Origin: an uncultured Chloroflexia bacterium
Lineage (GTDB): Bacteria > Chloroflexota > Limnocylindria > Limnocylindrales > CSP1-4
Length of the DNA: 64,000 nucleotides
Reading direction: 5' to 3'
Assembly (NCBI GenBank): GCA_963714835.1
Contig: CAVQPX010000007.1
Location: forward strand, 83,426 to 147,425
This document shows positions 28,802 through 37,506 of the stretch, in pieces. The notes beneath the pieces were generated by a model. That model did no database searches and was not told the DNA's origin. It was given only the letters and a program-made list of their open reading frames with translations. Every line of letters begins with the position of its first letter. The stretch's first letter is position 1. The position numbers and the translations under genes were made by a program.

Positions 28802-30057
28802 CGGACGAGGATCTCGCCGAGTGGGCGATCCGGGCCCACGGTATAGGTCCTGATCTCGAACTCCGCGAGCGCGTGGCGCAGGGCACGCGATCGGCGCGCG
28901 CGCGCCTCCTCGATCTCGGGATCCGGGGAATACGGCGGCTGCTTGGCGAGCCGGGCACGCTCCTCGCGATCGCGATGCTCGAACGCGCCCGCGTCGAGCA
29001 GGACGGCGACACACCCGACACCTCGTGCGCGGAGCGTTCCGATGGGCCGGACCCAGCCAGTGTCCAGCGAAGGCGTGATCACGACGACGGTCATCCCGCG
29101 CCGGATCCGTGGCGCACTCGCGACGATCGACTCGACAAGGGGCGTCGTCCCGTCGCCCTCGACGGCGGCCAGCACCTGCATGATCTTCAGGTGCTGGCGC
29201 CCGCCCCGATCGCTCGGCACGATCGTCTGCCGGAGCGCCCCGGCGGTCATCCCCACGGCGCGGTTCTCGAGGATCGCCTTGTCCGCGATCGTGGCCGCCA
29301 CGCGGACGCCGGCCTCGACCGTCGACTCGTCGCCCCGGCCCGCCTGAACGCCGCGCTCGAGGTCCAGCACGATCCACGCATCGGCGGTCTGCTCGAGTTC
29401 GAACTCCTTCACCTGGAGATCGCCCTGTCGCGCCGTCGCCTTCCAGTGGATCCGGTTCATCGCGTCGCCCGGTGCGTACGGACGGATGGACGTCGCCAAC
29501 GGCGTCGTCTGGAGCGTGCGCTGCGGCGAGGACTGGGCTCCTTCGAGGTTCGTCGCCGGGAGTCGCCACATCGGGACCGGCTCGATACGCGGGTAGACCA
29601 CAACGGTCACGCCCTGGCCAACGGATGCGGACGCCTCGAAGAGCCCGAACGGGTCGCCCGTCCGCACTTGGAGCGGCTCGACGCGGAAGTGCCCGCGCCG
29701 GGTCAGGGGCGTCCGGACGAGCCATGAGCGCTCGGTGGATCCGGATACGGATAGGGCGCGGCCCGGCAGGCCACCCGGCAACGTCGAGGGATTGTGGATC
29801 TCGAGCCACGGTTTCGGAACCCGGCTCGTGTTCCGCAATGTGTACGTCACGCGCAGCCGGTCGCCGACGTGCCCGTGGAGCTGGTTCACCGCGTAGCCCG
29901 CCTCGAGATCGGACAGGCCCAGGCGGGTGATGACATAGGAGCCACCGATGACCAGGATGCCCAGGTAGACGAGGAAGAAGAGGAAGTCAAGACCTGTCGA
30001 GAACGCCGCCACGATCAGCGCCGCTGCGATCGCGAGGAGCTGCAGACGCCGGATCAT
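28798..30057 (-). CDS. DUF58 domain protein (MoxR-associated, vWA-like)
   Basis: Two N-terminal TM helices, then ...IRPYAPGDAMNRIHWKATARQGDLQVKEFELEQ, the DUF58 signature. It sits between the MoxR and transglutaminase genes. Confidence 0.8.
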   Translation of the reverse strand: MIRRLQLLAIAAALIVAAFSTGLDFLFFLVYLGILVIGGSYVITRLGLSDLEAGYAVNQLHGHVGDRLRVTYTLRNTSRVPKPWLEIHNPSTLPGGLPGRALSVSGSTERSWLVRTPLTRRGHFRVEPLQVRTGDPFGLFEASASVGQGVTVVVYPRIEPVPMWRLPATNLEGAQSSPQRTLQTTPLATSIRPYAPGDAMNRIHWKATARQGDLQVKEFELEQTADAWIVLDLERGVQAGRGDESTVEAGVRVAATIADKAILENRAVGMTAGALRQTIVPSDRGGRQHLKIMQVLAAVEGDGTTPLVESIVASAPRIRRGMTVVVITPSLDTGWVRPIGTLRARGVGCVAVLLDAGAFEHRDREERARLAKQPPYSPDPEIEEARARRSRALRHALAEFEIRTYTVGPDRPLGEILVR

Positions 30058-30087
30058 CGAGCGACGGCCCTCACTCCTCCCGCTCGG

Positions 30088-31095
30088 TCAGGACCGCGCG
30101 GTCCGGATCTGCGGCGAGACGTCGCGTGGGCCCCCGGACCGGTTGCCCGCTCCGGGATCGACCGGGACCGTATCGAGCAGTTCGCGCACGACCTGACTGG
30201 CCTGGACTTCGTGGATCGACGAGCTCGTCTTGATGATCAGCCGGTGACCGAGGGCCGGCTCGGCCAGGGCCTTGATGTCGTCCGGGAGCACATAGTCGCG
30301 GCCGAGCAACCCGGCCATCGCCTGGCCGGCGCGATAGAGCGCGATCGAGCCACGGGGCGACGCGCCGAGATAGACGTCGGGGTGGGTCCGCGTGGCGTTG
30401 ACGAGCCGCACGATGTACTCGGCGACCGTCGGGTCCACATAGATGTCTCGCACCGCACCCTGCATCTCGCGCAGGTCCTCGAGCGAGAGCACCTCCTCGA
30501 GCTGGTCCAGCGGGTGGACGCGCTTCTGCTCGTCAAGGATCACGATCTCGTCGACCGGCTGGGGGTAGCCCATGCGAAGCCGGATCATGAAGCGATCGAG
30601 CTGCGCCTCGGGGAGCGCGAACGTCCCTTCGTACTCGATCGGGTTTTGCGTGGCGATGACGATGAACGGGTCGGCCATGGGATAGGTGACGCCGTCGATG
30701 GTCGACTGTCGCTCCTCCATGCACTCGAGCAGGGACGACTGCGTCTTGGGCGTCGCCCGGTTGATCTCGTCGGCGAGGACCACCTGGCTCATGATCGGCC
30801 CGGGCCGGAACTCGAACTCCTGGGTCTTCTGGTTGTAGATCGACAGGCCGGTGACGTCCGACGGCAGGAGGTCCGGCGTGAACTGGATCCGGCGGAACGA
30901 ACAGCCGATGCTCCGAGCGATCGCCTTCGCGAGGACCGTCTTGCCGGTCCCGGGAACATCCTCGATGAGCAGGTGGCCGCGACACAGGAGCGCCACGAGC
31001 GCGAGGCGGACCTCGTGGTGCTTGCCGACGATCACCCGTTCGACGTTGGCGAGGACGCGGTCGCCGGCTTCCTGGATCTTCGTCATGTGCCTCAC
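30088..31095 (-). CDS. MoxR-family AAA+ ATPase
   Basis: [33 protein letters not shown] (Walker A), [20 protein letters not shown] (Walker B/sensor) and [22 protein letters not shown]. The start is GTG 31095 or ATG 31086. Confidence 0.9.
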   Translation of the reverse strand: MRHMTKIQEAGDRVLANVERVIVGKHHEVRLALVALLCRGHLLIEDVPGTGKTVLAKAIARSIGCSFRRIQFTPDLLPSDVTGLSIYNQKTQEFEFRPGPIMSQVVLADEINRATPKTQSSLLECMEERQSTIDGVTYPMADPFIVIATQNPIEYEGTFALPEAQLDRFMIRLRMGYPQPVDEIVILDEQKRVHPLDQLEEVLSLEDLREMQGAVRDIYVDPTVAEYIVRLVNATRTHPDVYLGASPRGSIALYRAGQAMAGLLGRDYVLPDDIKALAEPALGHRLIIKTSSSIHEVQASQVVRELLDTVPVDPGAGNRSGGPRDVSPQIRTARS

Positions 31096-31263
31096 CCTGC
31101 AGGGACGGCGCCCGACAGGTCGGGCGCCCAGGTTACCGGTGGTGACGCCGCGCGGCGTCTTGCCGTGGCGTCAGATACTAGTACGCCTCGACGGAATGGT
31201 CGGTTCGGAGGCGGTCTGCGGGCTCGGGTGGTCATGACCCATCGGGCGGTCGCCGTCGGATCC

Positions 31264-31458
31264 TCACCCGCGAAACAGCGTGATCCCGGCCACCCAGATC
31301 GTCATCAACGATCCGATCGCTGCCATGATGGCCAGGAACCCCTCGCCGCCGATCCATGCAGCGCCTGCGATGCCGCCGAACAGGATCGCGAGCACGAGGG
31401 CGATGAAGGCCATCCCCAGGCGCTCGATCAGCGGGCGCCCGCGCGGCTCGTCGCTCAT
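31264..31458 (-). CDS. Small two-TM membrane protein (hypothetical)
   Basis: 64-aa ORF, ATGA-coupled to the pbpA stop. It has two hydrophobic helices (MAFIALVLAILFGGIAGAAWI; FLAIMAAIGSLMTIWVAGITLF). Confidence 0.5.
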   Translation of the reverse strand: MSDEPRGRPLIERLGMAFIALVLAILFGGIAGAAWIGGEGFLAIMAAIGSLMTIWVAGITLFRG

Positions 31459-32969
31459 GGGGCGATGCTCGCGAAGTACGTGCGCAGGAACCGCCCGGCG
31501 AGCGGGGCCGCCCGCTCACCGCCCCGGCCGCCCTGCTCGACGATCACCGCGATCGCGATGGTGGGTGCATCGGCCGGAGCGAACCCGATGAACCACGAGT
31601 GCGGCTCCCCCGTCCCACCGAGCTCGGCGGTCCCGGACTTGCCCGCGGTGACCACACCCGGCACAGCGGCCCCGGACGTGAACGTGCGTCCCAGTCGACC
31701 GTTCACGGCCTCGACCATCGCGGCCGTCACCATGTTCGCTGTCCCACTGTCGACGACCCGGCGCAGGGTCTCGGGGTCTTCCACGCGGGTCGCGTCCCTT
31801 CCGGCAAAGCGCGTGACGAGCCTGGGTCGCATCAGGACGCCGTCGTTGGCGACGGTGGCCGCGACGAGCGCCATCTGGAGTGGTGTCACGAGCGTTTCCG
31901 CCTGACCGTACGCGGCGTTGGCGAGTTCCACGCGGTCCGCGAAGCCGCCCGGATCGGGGCCGGTCCCGCCGGTGACCTGCGACGCTGCCGTCGGCAGGTC
32001 GAACTCGAGCGACGCACCGAACCCGAGCCGCTGGGCATAGTCGACGAGGGCATCCCCGCCCGTCTCCAGCGCCGCGAGCGCATACCAGACGTTGCACGAG
32101 ACCTCCGTCGCCTCGACGAAGTCGAGCGCGCGGTTTCCGGTGGCGGTGTGATGTCCGTCGCGGACTCTGAACCCCTGGACCAGGAGGCCGTTCCGCTCGG
32201 CCGCGGGTTGCTCCGCGAAGGTCGTGTCCGGCCGCACGGCGCCCGATCCCAGGGCCGCCAGGGCGGTGACGACCTTGAAGACCGAGCCCGGGACGTAGCG
32301 TCCCTGCGTCGCCCGTGGGAGCAGCGGCCGGTCGGTGGCGGCTTGCAGGGCGGCGAACGCCGCGCGTGAGGTTGCCGGATCGGCGACGGCGTTCGCATCG
32401 AACGTGGGCGTGCTGGCGAGGACGAGGACGTCTCCCGTTCGCGGATCGATCGCCACGACCGCGCCTCGATCGTCCCCGAGGAGCGCGATCGCACGCCGCT
32501 GGAGCTCGAGCGACAGCGTGGTCGTCAGGTCCTGTGGGTCCGAGGCGTGCGTCTGGAACTTGCGGAGCAGGTCACGGACGGGGTCCGGATCGCTGAGCCC
32601 CACGAGTTCGGCCTCGAATGCGCGCTCGATCCCCGCCGCTCCGAACGCGCGCGAGGCGTAGCCGACGACGCCGCTCAGCGACTCATCCGCGTAGACGCGA
32701 TACGGCTCGCCGTTCGCGTCGAGCAGGTTGGACGCGAGCACGGTCCCGTCCCGGTCCAGGATCATCCCGCGCGGGGTCGACCGCGCCGCCGCGATGATCG
32801 CGGGATTGTCCGGCCGCGCCACGAGTTCCCCGGCGAGGATCACCTGCCAGTACCCGGCCCCGGCGGCGATGACGGCGAACGCGACCGTGACGACCATGCC
32901 CGTGCGGGCGATGCGCGGACCGAGTGGTCGCATGCCCCGCCGTGCCTCGCGCTTCGCGACGAGGTTCAT
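31455..32969 (-). CDS. pbpA: Penicillin-binding protein 2 / PbpA-type D,D-transpeptidase
   Basis: N-terminal TM anchor; transpeptidase motifs SVFK (SxxK), SCN (SxN) and KSGTAE (KTG-like). It lies downstream of and overlaps rodA. Confidence 0.85.
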   Translation of the reverse strand: MNLVAKREARRGMRPLGPRIARTGMVVTVAFAVIAAGAGYWQVILAGELVARPDNPAIIAAARSTPRGMILDRDGTVLASNLLDANGEPYRVYADESLSGVVGYASRAFGAAGIERAFEAELVGLSDPDPVRDLLRKFQTHASDPQDLTTTLSLELQRRAIALLGDDRGAVVAIDPRTGDVLVLASTPTFDANAVADPATSRAAFAALQAATDRPLLPRATQGRYVPGSVFKVVTALAALGSGAVRPDTTFAEQPAAERNGLLVQGFRVRDGHHTATGNRALDFVEATEVSCNVWYALAALETGGDALVDYAQRLGFGASLEFDLPTAASQVTGGTGPDPGGFADRVELANAAYGQAETLVTPLQMALVAATVANDGVLMRPRLVTRFAGRDATRVEDPETLRRVVDSGTANMVTAAMVEAVNGRLGRTFTSGAAVPGVVTAGKSGTAELGGTGEPHSWFIGFAPADAPTIAIAVIVEQGGRGGERAAPLAGRFLRTYFASIAP

Positions 32970-34462
32970 GCTGCCGCCGCCGATCTGCTCGTGGCCCGCC
33001 GCCCTGCGGCGCGCTCCGACGCCGGACGCCCGGCGACGCCACGATCCGAGAGCGCGAGCAACAACCCCACGACCACGCCATTCGCGAGCAGCGAGGATCC
33101 GCCGTAGCTGATGAACGGCAGGGTGATACCTGTCAGCGGGATGAGCTTCAGGTTGCCCGCCGCGATGATGAACGCCTGGATGCCCACCACGAGCGACAGC
33201 CCGGTGGCGAGGAGCGCCTGGAAGTCGTCGCGCGCCGACGCGGCGATCCGCAGGCCACGCTCGATGACGACCAGATACAGGCCAAGGATCGCCAGGACGC
33301 CGATCAGGCCCAGCTCCTCACCCAGTGCCGCCAGCGGGAAGTCCGTGTGGATGGCCGGGACCGGCAAACGCCCCGCGATCATCGGCAAGCCGGCACCCAA
33401 TCCGGTCCCGACGAGCCCGCCGCGAGCGAAGGCCTCCAACGCCTGCACGACCTGATAGCCGGCTCCTGACGCATCGGCGAACGGATCCAGCCAGATGTCG
33501 ATCCGCGTCTGGATGTGGCCGAAGATCCGCGACATCAACGCGGCGCCACCGATGAACAACGCCATCCCGACCACCACGAAGCTCGTCCGCGCCGTCGCGA
33601 CATACAGCAGGAACAGGAACACCGCGAAGAACAGCAGGGCGGCCCCGAGGTCGCGCTGGATGACCACGACAAGCAACGCGATCGCCCACATCGCGGCCAT
33701 CGGGAGGAGATACGGCACCGGCGGGAGGCGCAGTGGCCCGATCCGCGTGGCTTCCCGCTCGAGCAGCCAGCGGTTCTCGGCGAGGTACCCGGCGAGAAAG
33801 ACGACCAGGATCACCTTGAGCAGCTCGGACGGCTGGCCGCTGAACGGCCCGATCGACAGCGCCAGCCGCTGCCCGTTGACCTCGCTGCCGAAGACGAACG
33901 TCAGGGCAAGGAGAGCGATCCCGCCGGCCGCCCACGTGTACTTGTAGAGGCGCAGCCAGGCATCGCTGCGGACGACCGTGGCCAGGACCGCGACGACCGC
34001 GATCGACAGCGCGAGCCAGAGCAACTGGGTGGCGGCCAGCCCCGATGACCCGCCGGCCAGCCCCTGGGGCAGCCGCTCCATCAACAGCAGACTGATCCCG
34101 CACAGCATCGCCACAGTCGGGAGCAGGACCTGGTCCACGCGTCGCCCCGACAGCGTGAGCAGCAGGTGGGCGGCAAGGACGACCCCGAAGAACACGACCA
34201 GAGCGGTCGGGTTCGCGAGCGTGATCCCCGGATCACCCGACGGGTCGAGCCGGGTCGACCGGGCCGCCGCCAGGGAGGCGCTGCCGACCGAGATCGTCAG
34301 GGCGACGAGGAGAAGGAGGACCGATTCACGCGGACGGGGCCTGGCGTCGGTCGCACGCACCGCACGCAGGATCAGGGAACCCGCACCGGTCGTGAGCCCG
34401 CGGGCTGTCGCGAGCACCCGTATCGCCGCCGGCTCGCCGGCTCCCGCAGCAGGGCCGGTCAC
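32966..34462 (-). CDS. rodA: FtsW/RodA/SpoVE-family peptidoglycan glycosyltransferase
   Basis: Polytopic membrane protein with ...GQPSELLKVILVVFLAGYL... and ...PLTGITLPFISYGGSSLL.... GTG 34462 forms a GTGA overlap with the fhaB stop. Confidence 0.85.
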   Translation of the reverse strand: MTGPAAGAGEPAAIRVLATARGLTTGAGSLILRAVRATDARPRPRESVLLLLVALTISVGSASLAAARSTRLDPSGDPGITLANPTALVVFFGVVLAAHLLLTLSGRRVDQVLLPTVAMLCGISLLLMERLPQGLAGGSSGLAATQLLWLALSIAVVAVLATVVRSDAWLRLYKYTWAAGGIALLALTFVFGSEVNGQRLALSIGPFSGQPSELLKVILVVFLAGYLAENRWLLEREATRIGPLRLPPVPYLLPMAAMWAIALLVVVIQRDLGAALLFFAVFLFLLYVATARTSFVVVGMALFIGGAALMSRIFGHIQTRIDIWLDPFADASGAGYQVVQALEAFARGGLVGTGLGAGLPMIAGRLPVPAIHTDFPLAALGEELGLIGVLAILGLYLVVIERGLRIAASARDDFQALLATGLSLVVGIQAFIIAAGNLKLIPLTGITLPFISYGGSSLLANGVVVGLLLALSDRGVAGRPASERAAGRRATSRSAAAA

Positions 34463-34896
34463 CGCGTGGATCGCTCGAGCCGGAACCTGACCTGCCCGAT
34501 CTGGACGTCGTCACCGAACCCGATCGGCTGGACGTCGTCGATCAGGCCACCGTTCACATAGGTCCCGTTCGTGCTGCCCAGATCCTCGAGGAACCAGGTC
34601 CGGCCGCGATAGGTGAGAACGGCATGGTCGCTCGAGACATACGTATCGTCGATCACGATCGTGTTGTTCACATCGCGCCCGAGGGTGGTCACGGCATCGA
34701 GCGCGAAGACCGACCCGACCGGCGGCTCCGCGACCGGCAAATCGATCGTCACGAGCCGCCCGAGTTCGGATCCGGGCTCGACCGCGGCCGCGCGCAGGTC
34801 CCTGAGCAACACGCGGGCGATCGTCACGAGGAAGACGTAGAGCAGGACGAGGAACGCAAGGCGGACGAGCCAGATCGAGATCGCCAGAGCGTCCAT
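34459..34896 (-). CDS. fhaB: FHA-domain protein with an N-terminal TM segment (FhaB/FipA-like)
   Basis: ATG 34896 (1-nt TGATG overlap with the fhaA stop). MDALAISIWLVRLAFLVLLYVFLV... is followed by the FHA core TLGRDVNNTIVIDDTYVSSDHAVLTYRGRTWFLEDLGSTNGTYVNG. Confidence 0.8.
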   Translation of the reverse strand: MDALAISIWLVRLAFLVLLYVFLVTIARVLLRDLRAAAVEPGSELGRLVTIDLPVAEPPVGSVFALDAVTTLGRDVNNTIVIDDTYVSSDHAVLTYRGRTWFLEDLGSTNGTYVNGGLIDDVQPIGFGDDVQIGQVRFRLERSTR

Positions 34897-35711
34897 CAGG
34901 TCCCCTCGGCCGGCGGGCCGACCGACTCGACGAAGATCGACGTCCGCCCGACCTCGATCCGATCCCCGGCACCGAGCGCGAGCTCTCGTACTCGCCTGCC
35001 GTTCACGATCGAGCCATTCGTACTCTCGAGATCGATGAAGACCAGGCCACCGGCGCGGGCCGCCACGCGAGCGTGATAGCGAGATGCACGCCGATCGTCG
35101 AGGACGACCTGGTTGTCGCGCGCCCGCCCGATCGTGACGACCGGTGTCGAGACCTCGTAGCGTCGCTCGCGGCCGTCCGGTCCTACCGCTCGCAGGACCG
35201 TCGCCGGGATCCTCGCGCTGGGTACCGCGTACCGGGCAGTGTGTTCGGCGGGCCCCGCGGCGGACGAGGTCGATGGGCTCAGCATCGCATCCGGCGACCC
35301 CTGTGGCGGGGACGACGTCTGAGCGCCGGGCGTCACATCGGCCGTCATGTCGTCGGCCGCAGCGACCTCGGCCTCCCCGCGACGGATCCGCTCGTCCCCC
35401 AGCAACTCGACCGTGGGCCTGACGCGAACCGCGTAGCGATGGTCCCGCGCGAACCGGAGCGCCGCGTCGGCCAGTTCGGAGGCGAGCGCACCGGCTGCGG
35501 CCGGGTCGGGGGGAAGGTCCGTCGGGTGGAGGCGGACCACGTACCCTGTCGGGACGTACACCCGCCCGGCCTCGCTTCGACGTGCGTGCTCCATGGTGCG
35601 TTCGATCCGACGCTGGATCTGGATGGGGCGGATCGCCGGTCGGAAGATCCGCGCACCGGGCCGTTCGAAGAGGCGCTCCAGGAAGCGCTCGAGTGCTGCA
35701 AGGCGTGCCAT
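34896..35711 (-). CDS. fhaA: FhaA-like protein (DUF3662 N-terminal domain plus C-terminal FHA domain)
   Basis: ATG 35711 gives MARLAALERFLERLFERPGARIFR... (DUF3662-type start). The C-terminal FHA core is TIGRARDNQVVLDDRRASRYHARV...FIDLESTNGSIVNG. Confidence 0.8.
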   Translation of the reverse strand: MARLAALERFLERLFERPGARIFRPAIRPIQIQRRIERTMEHARRSEAGRVYVPTGYVVRLHPTDLPPDPAAAGALASELADAALRFARDHRYAVRVRPTVELLGDERIRRGEAEVAAADDMTADVTPGAQTSSPPQGSPDAMLSPSTSSAAGPAEHTARYAVPSARIPATVLRAVGPDGRERRYEVSTPVVTIGRARDNQVVLDDRRASRYHARVAARAGGLVFIDLESTNGSIVNGRRVRELALGAGDRIEVGRTSIFVESVGPPAEGT

Positions 35712-36410
35712 ATCGGGGCCGGAGTCTAGCACCGGGAGGCCGCTCGACGGACCCGCCGCGCTGCAGTCCCGGACCATCGGGCCGCCTGGCCAGGTACCAG
35801 CGAGAGGGGGAAGCGACGAGGGGCTGGGGTATACTCTCGACCCGTTCGGGCCGACCCCTGCCCGACGCTGACCTACGCGAACCGGGTATTCGATGACCGA
35901 GATCCTGACCAATCATTCTGCGAACGGTGTGGCACGCGCTATACCTTCGAGTCGAAGTCGGCCGGAACGAGCCGCGGGCGCGGGTTCCGGGCGCTCAGCT
36001 CCGGACTCAAGAACTTCGTCCTCAGCGACGACACCTCCCTGGGCGATGCCATGGCCGCGGCGCGCAGTGAGCAGGAGCGGGAAGTCACCAACCGGCAGCT
36101 CGATGCCTTCCACAAGACCTTCAACTTCTGCATGTCGTGCCGTCAGTACACGTGCGGCAACTGCTGGAACGAAGGAGAGGGTCGCTGCCTCACCTGCTCG
36201 CCCCATGTCGGCCACGAGATCCTGCCCGCCCCCTTCCCGAACCTCGAGGCTCCTGCACCGGTGCCGGTCGAAGCCGAGGCCGATCGTCCGCGCATCGCCG
36301 CCGAGGCGTGGCCGGCGCTCGACCTCACGAACGGGTCGACACCGACCCACGTCCACCTCGACGCGCCGGATGCCGCCGGACCAGACGCCGCGGAGCCCCA
36401 GGTCCAGGCC

Positions 36411-36595
36411 GAGGTGCCCTGGGTCGCGGCTGTCGAGCCTGAGGTCGAGGCCGAGGTGCCCTGGGTCGCGGCTGTCGAGCCTGAGGTCGAGGCTGAGGTG
36501 CCCTGGGTCGCGGCTGCGAGCCGAGGCCAGATGCCCCAGGTCGCGGCTGTCGAGCCTGAGGTCGAGACCGAGGTGCCCTGGGTCGCGGCGACGAC
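36411..36595 (+). repeat. 42-bp (14-codon) in-frame tandem repeat, about 4 copies
   Basis: The unit gaggtgccctgggtcgcggctgtcgagcctgaggtcgaggcc occurs at 36411 and 36453. The copy at 36495 is degenerate and the copy at 36569 is partial. It encodes EVPWVAAVEPEVEA. Confidence 0.85.
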
Positions 36596-36947
36596 GCCGG
36601 AGACGCACGACCCTGTGCGTGCCGAAGAGCATCTGCAGTCGTGGGCCGAGCTCATGGCGGCCGAGGCCGGCACGGCGGAGGCTCGTTCGGACGAACGTGC
36701 GGCAGATGGCGCGGCGCCCAGCCCAACCAGCCAGGATCCCATCGCTGCGGATCGCACACCGCTCGAGGTCGCGGCGAATGCAGCGCCCGAGGTCGCCGAT
36801 CCCGACGTCGCCGCGGTCGCGGCCAGCCGAACCCGCTCCCTCCTGGGGCGATTCCGCCCGGGCCAGAGTGTGGACGCGGAGATCGCGGCGTTCGAGCAGG
36901 GCGCGGACGCCGCTGACACGGCTCTCGACCCGGTCGCCGAGGTCGTT

Positions 36948-37043
36948 GCCGAGGCTGTGCCCGAGGTCGCCGCCGAGGCTGTGCCCGAGGTCGTCGCCGA
37001 GGCTGTGCCCGAGGTCGCCGCCGAGGCCGCACCGGACGTGGTC
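36948..37043 (+). repeat. 24-bp (8-codon) in-frame tandem repeat: 3 near-perfect copies plus 1 diverged
   Basis: The unit gccgaggctgtgcccgaggtcg(c/t)c occurs at 36948, 36972 and 36996, with a diverged copy at 37020. It encodes AEAVPEV(A/V). Confidence 0.85.
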
Positions 37044-37506
37044 GAGGCGGGTCCGGACGTGGTCGCTGAACCCGTCGAGGCGGCTCCGCCTGACGTCGCC
37101 GCGGAGGCCATTCCGGAGGTCGCGCCCCAGCCAAGCCCACGAACCGACGTCGTCGAACAGCCCGTCTGGCGGATCGTCGCACCCGATGAGTCCGGCACCT
37201 CACCCGCCCCCGCGGATCGCCGCCCGCCTGACGTGCCAGCCGGCGAACCGCAGTGGCCGACCGCCACCCAGGATCGGCTCGACTTCCTGCGGAGGCCGCG
37301 CACGGCCGAGGACGTGTGGTCGGCATCGACCAATGACCTGTTCGCCGCCGCCCCGACTCCGTTGCCGGGAACGACTGCCCCCGTCGCGATCCAGGCGTGC
37401 AGCGGCCTGCGGCCTCTCCCTATCGGCGACGGCCCGCTTCTGCCGCCGATGCGGCACTCGGCAGGGCTGACCGGCGCGATCTAGCCTCGGCTCGCGAGGA
37501 GCCACC

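Larger units (their letters stand above)
35893..37470 (+). pseudogene. Multi-zinc-ribbon protein with acidic Pro/Val/Ala/Glu tandem repeats; two compensating frame breaks
   Basis: The middle frame (track ORF 36051..37484, open from about 35860) encodes SFCERCGTRYTFES and FCMSCRQYTCGNCWNEGEGRCLTCSPH. The only canonical start, ATG 35893 (MTEILTN), is in the other frame, as is the C-terminal ribbon. Skipping one C near 37404-37407 gives ACSGCGLSLSATARFCRRCGTRQG, ending at 37470. Confidence 0.6.

Noticed and set aside
36411-37043. Tandem repeats that could be mistaken for a CRISPR or VNTR-type non-coding array.
   Set aside because: The units (42 bp and 24 bp) are directly tandem without spacers. 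They are multiples of 3 and lie in frame inside a coding region, so they encode peptide repeats.
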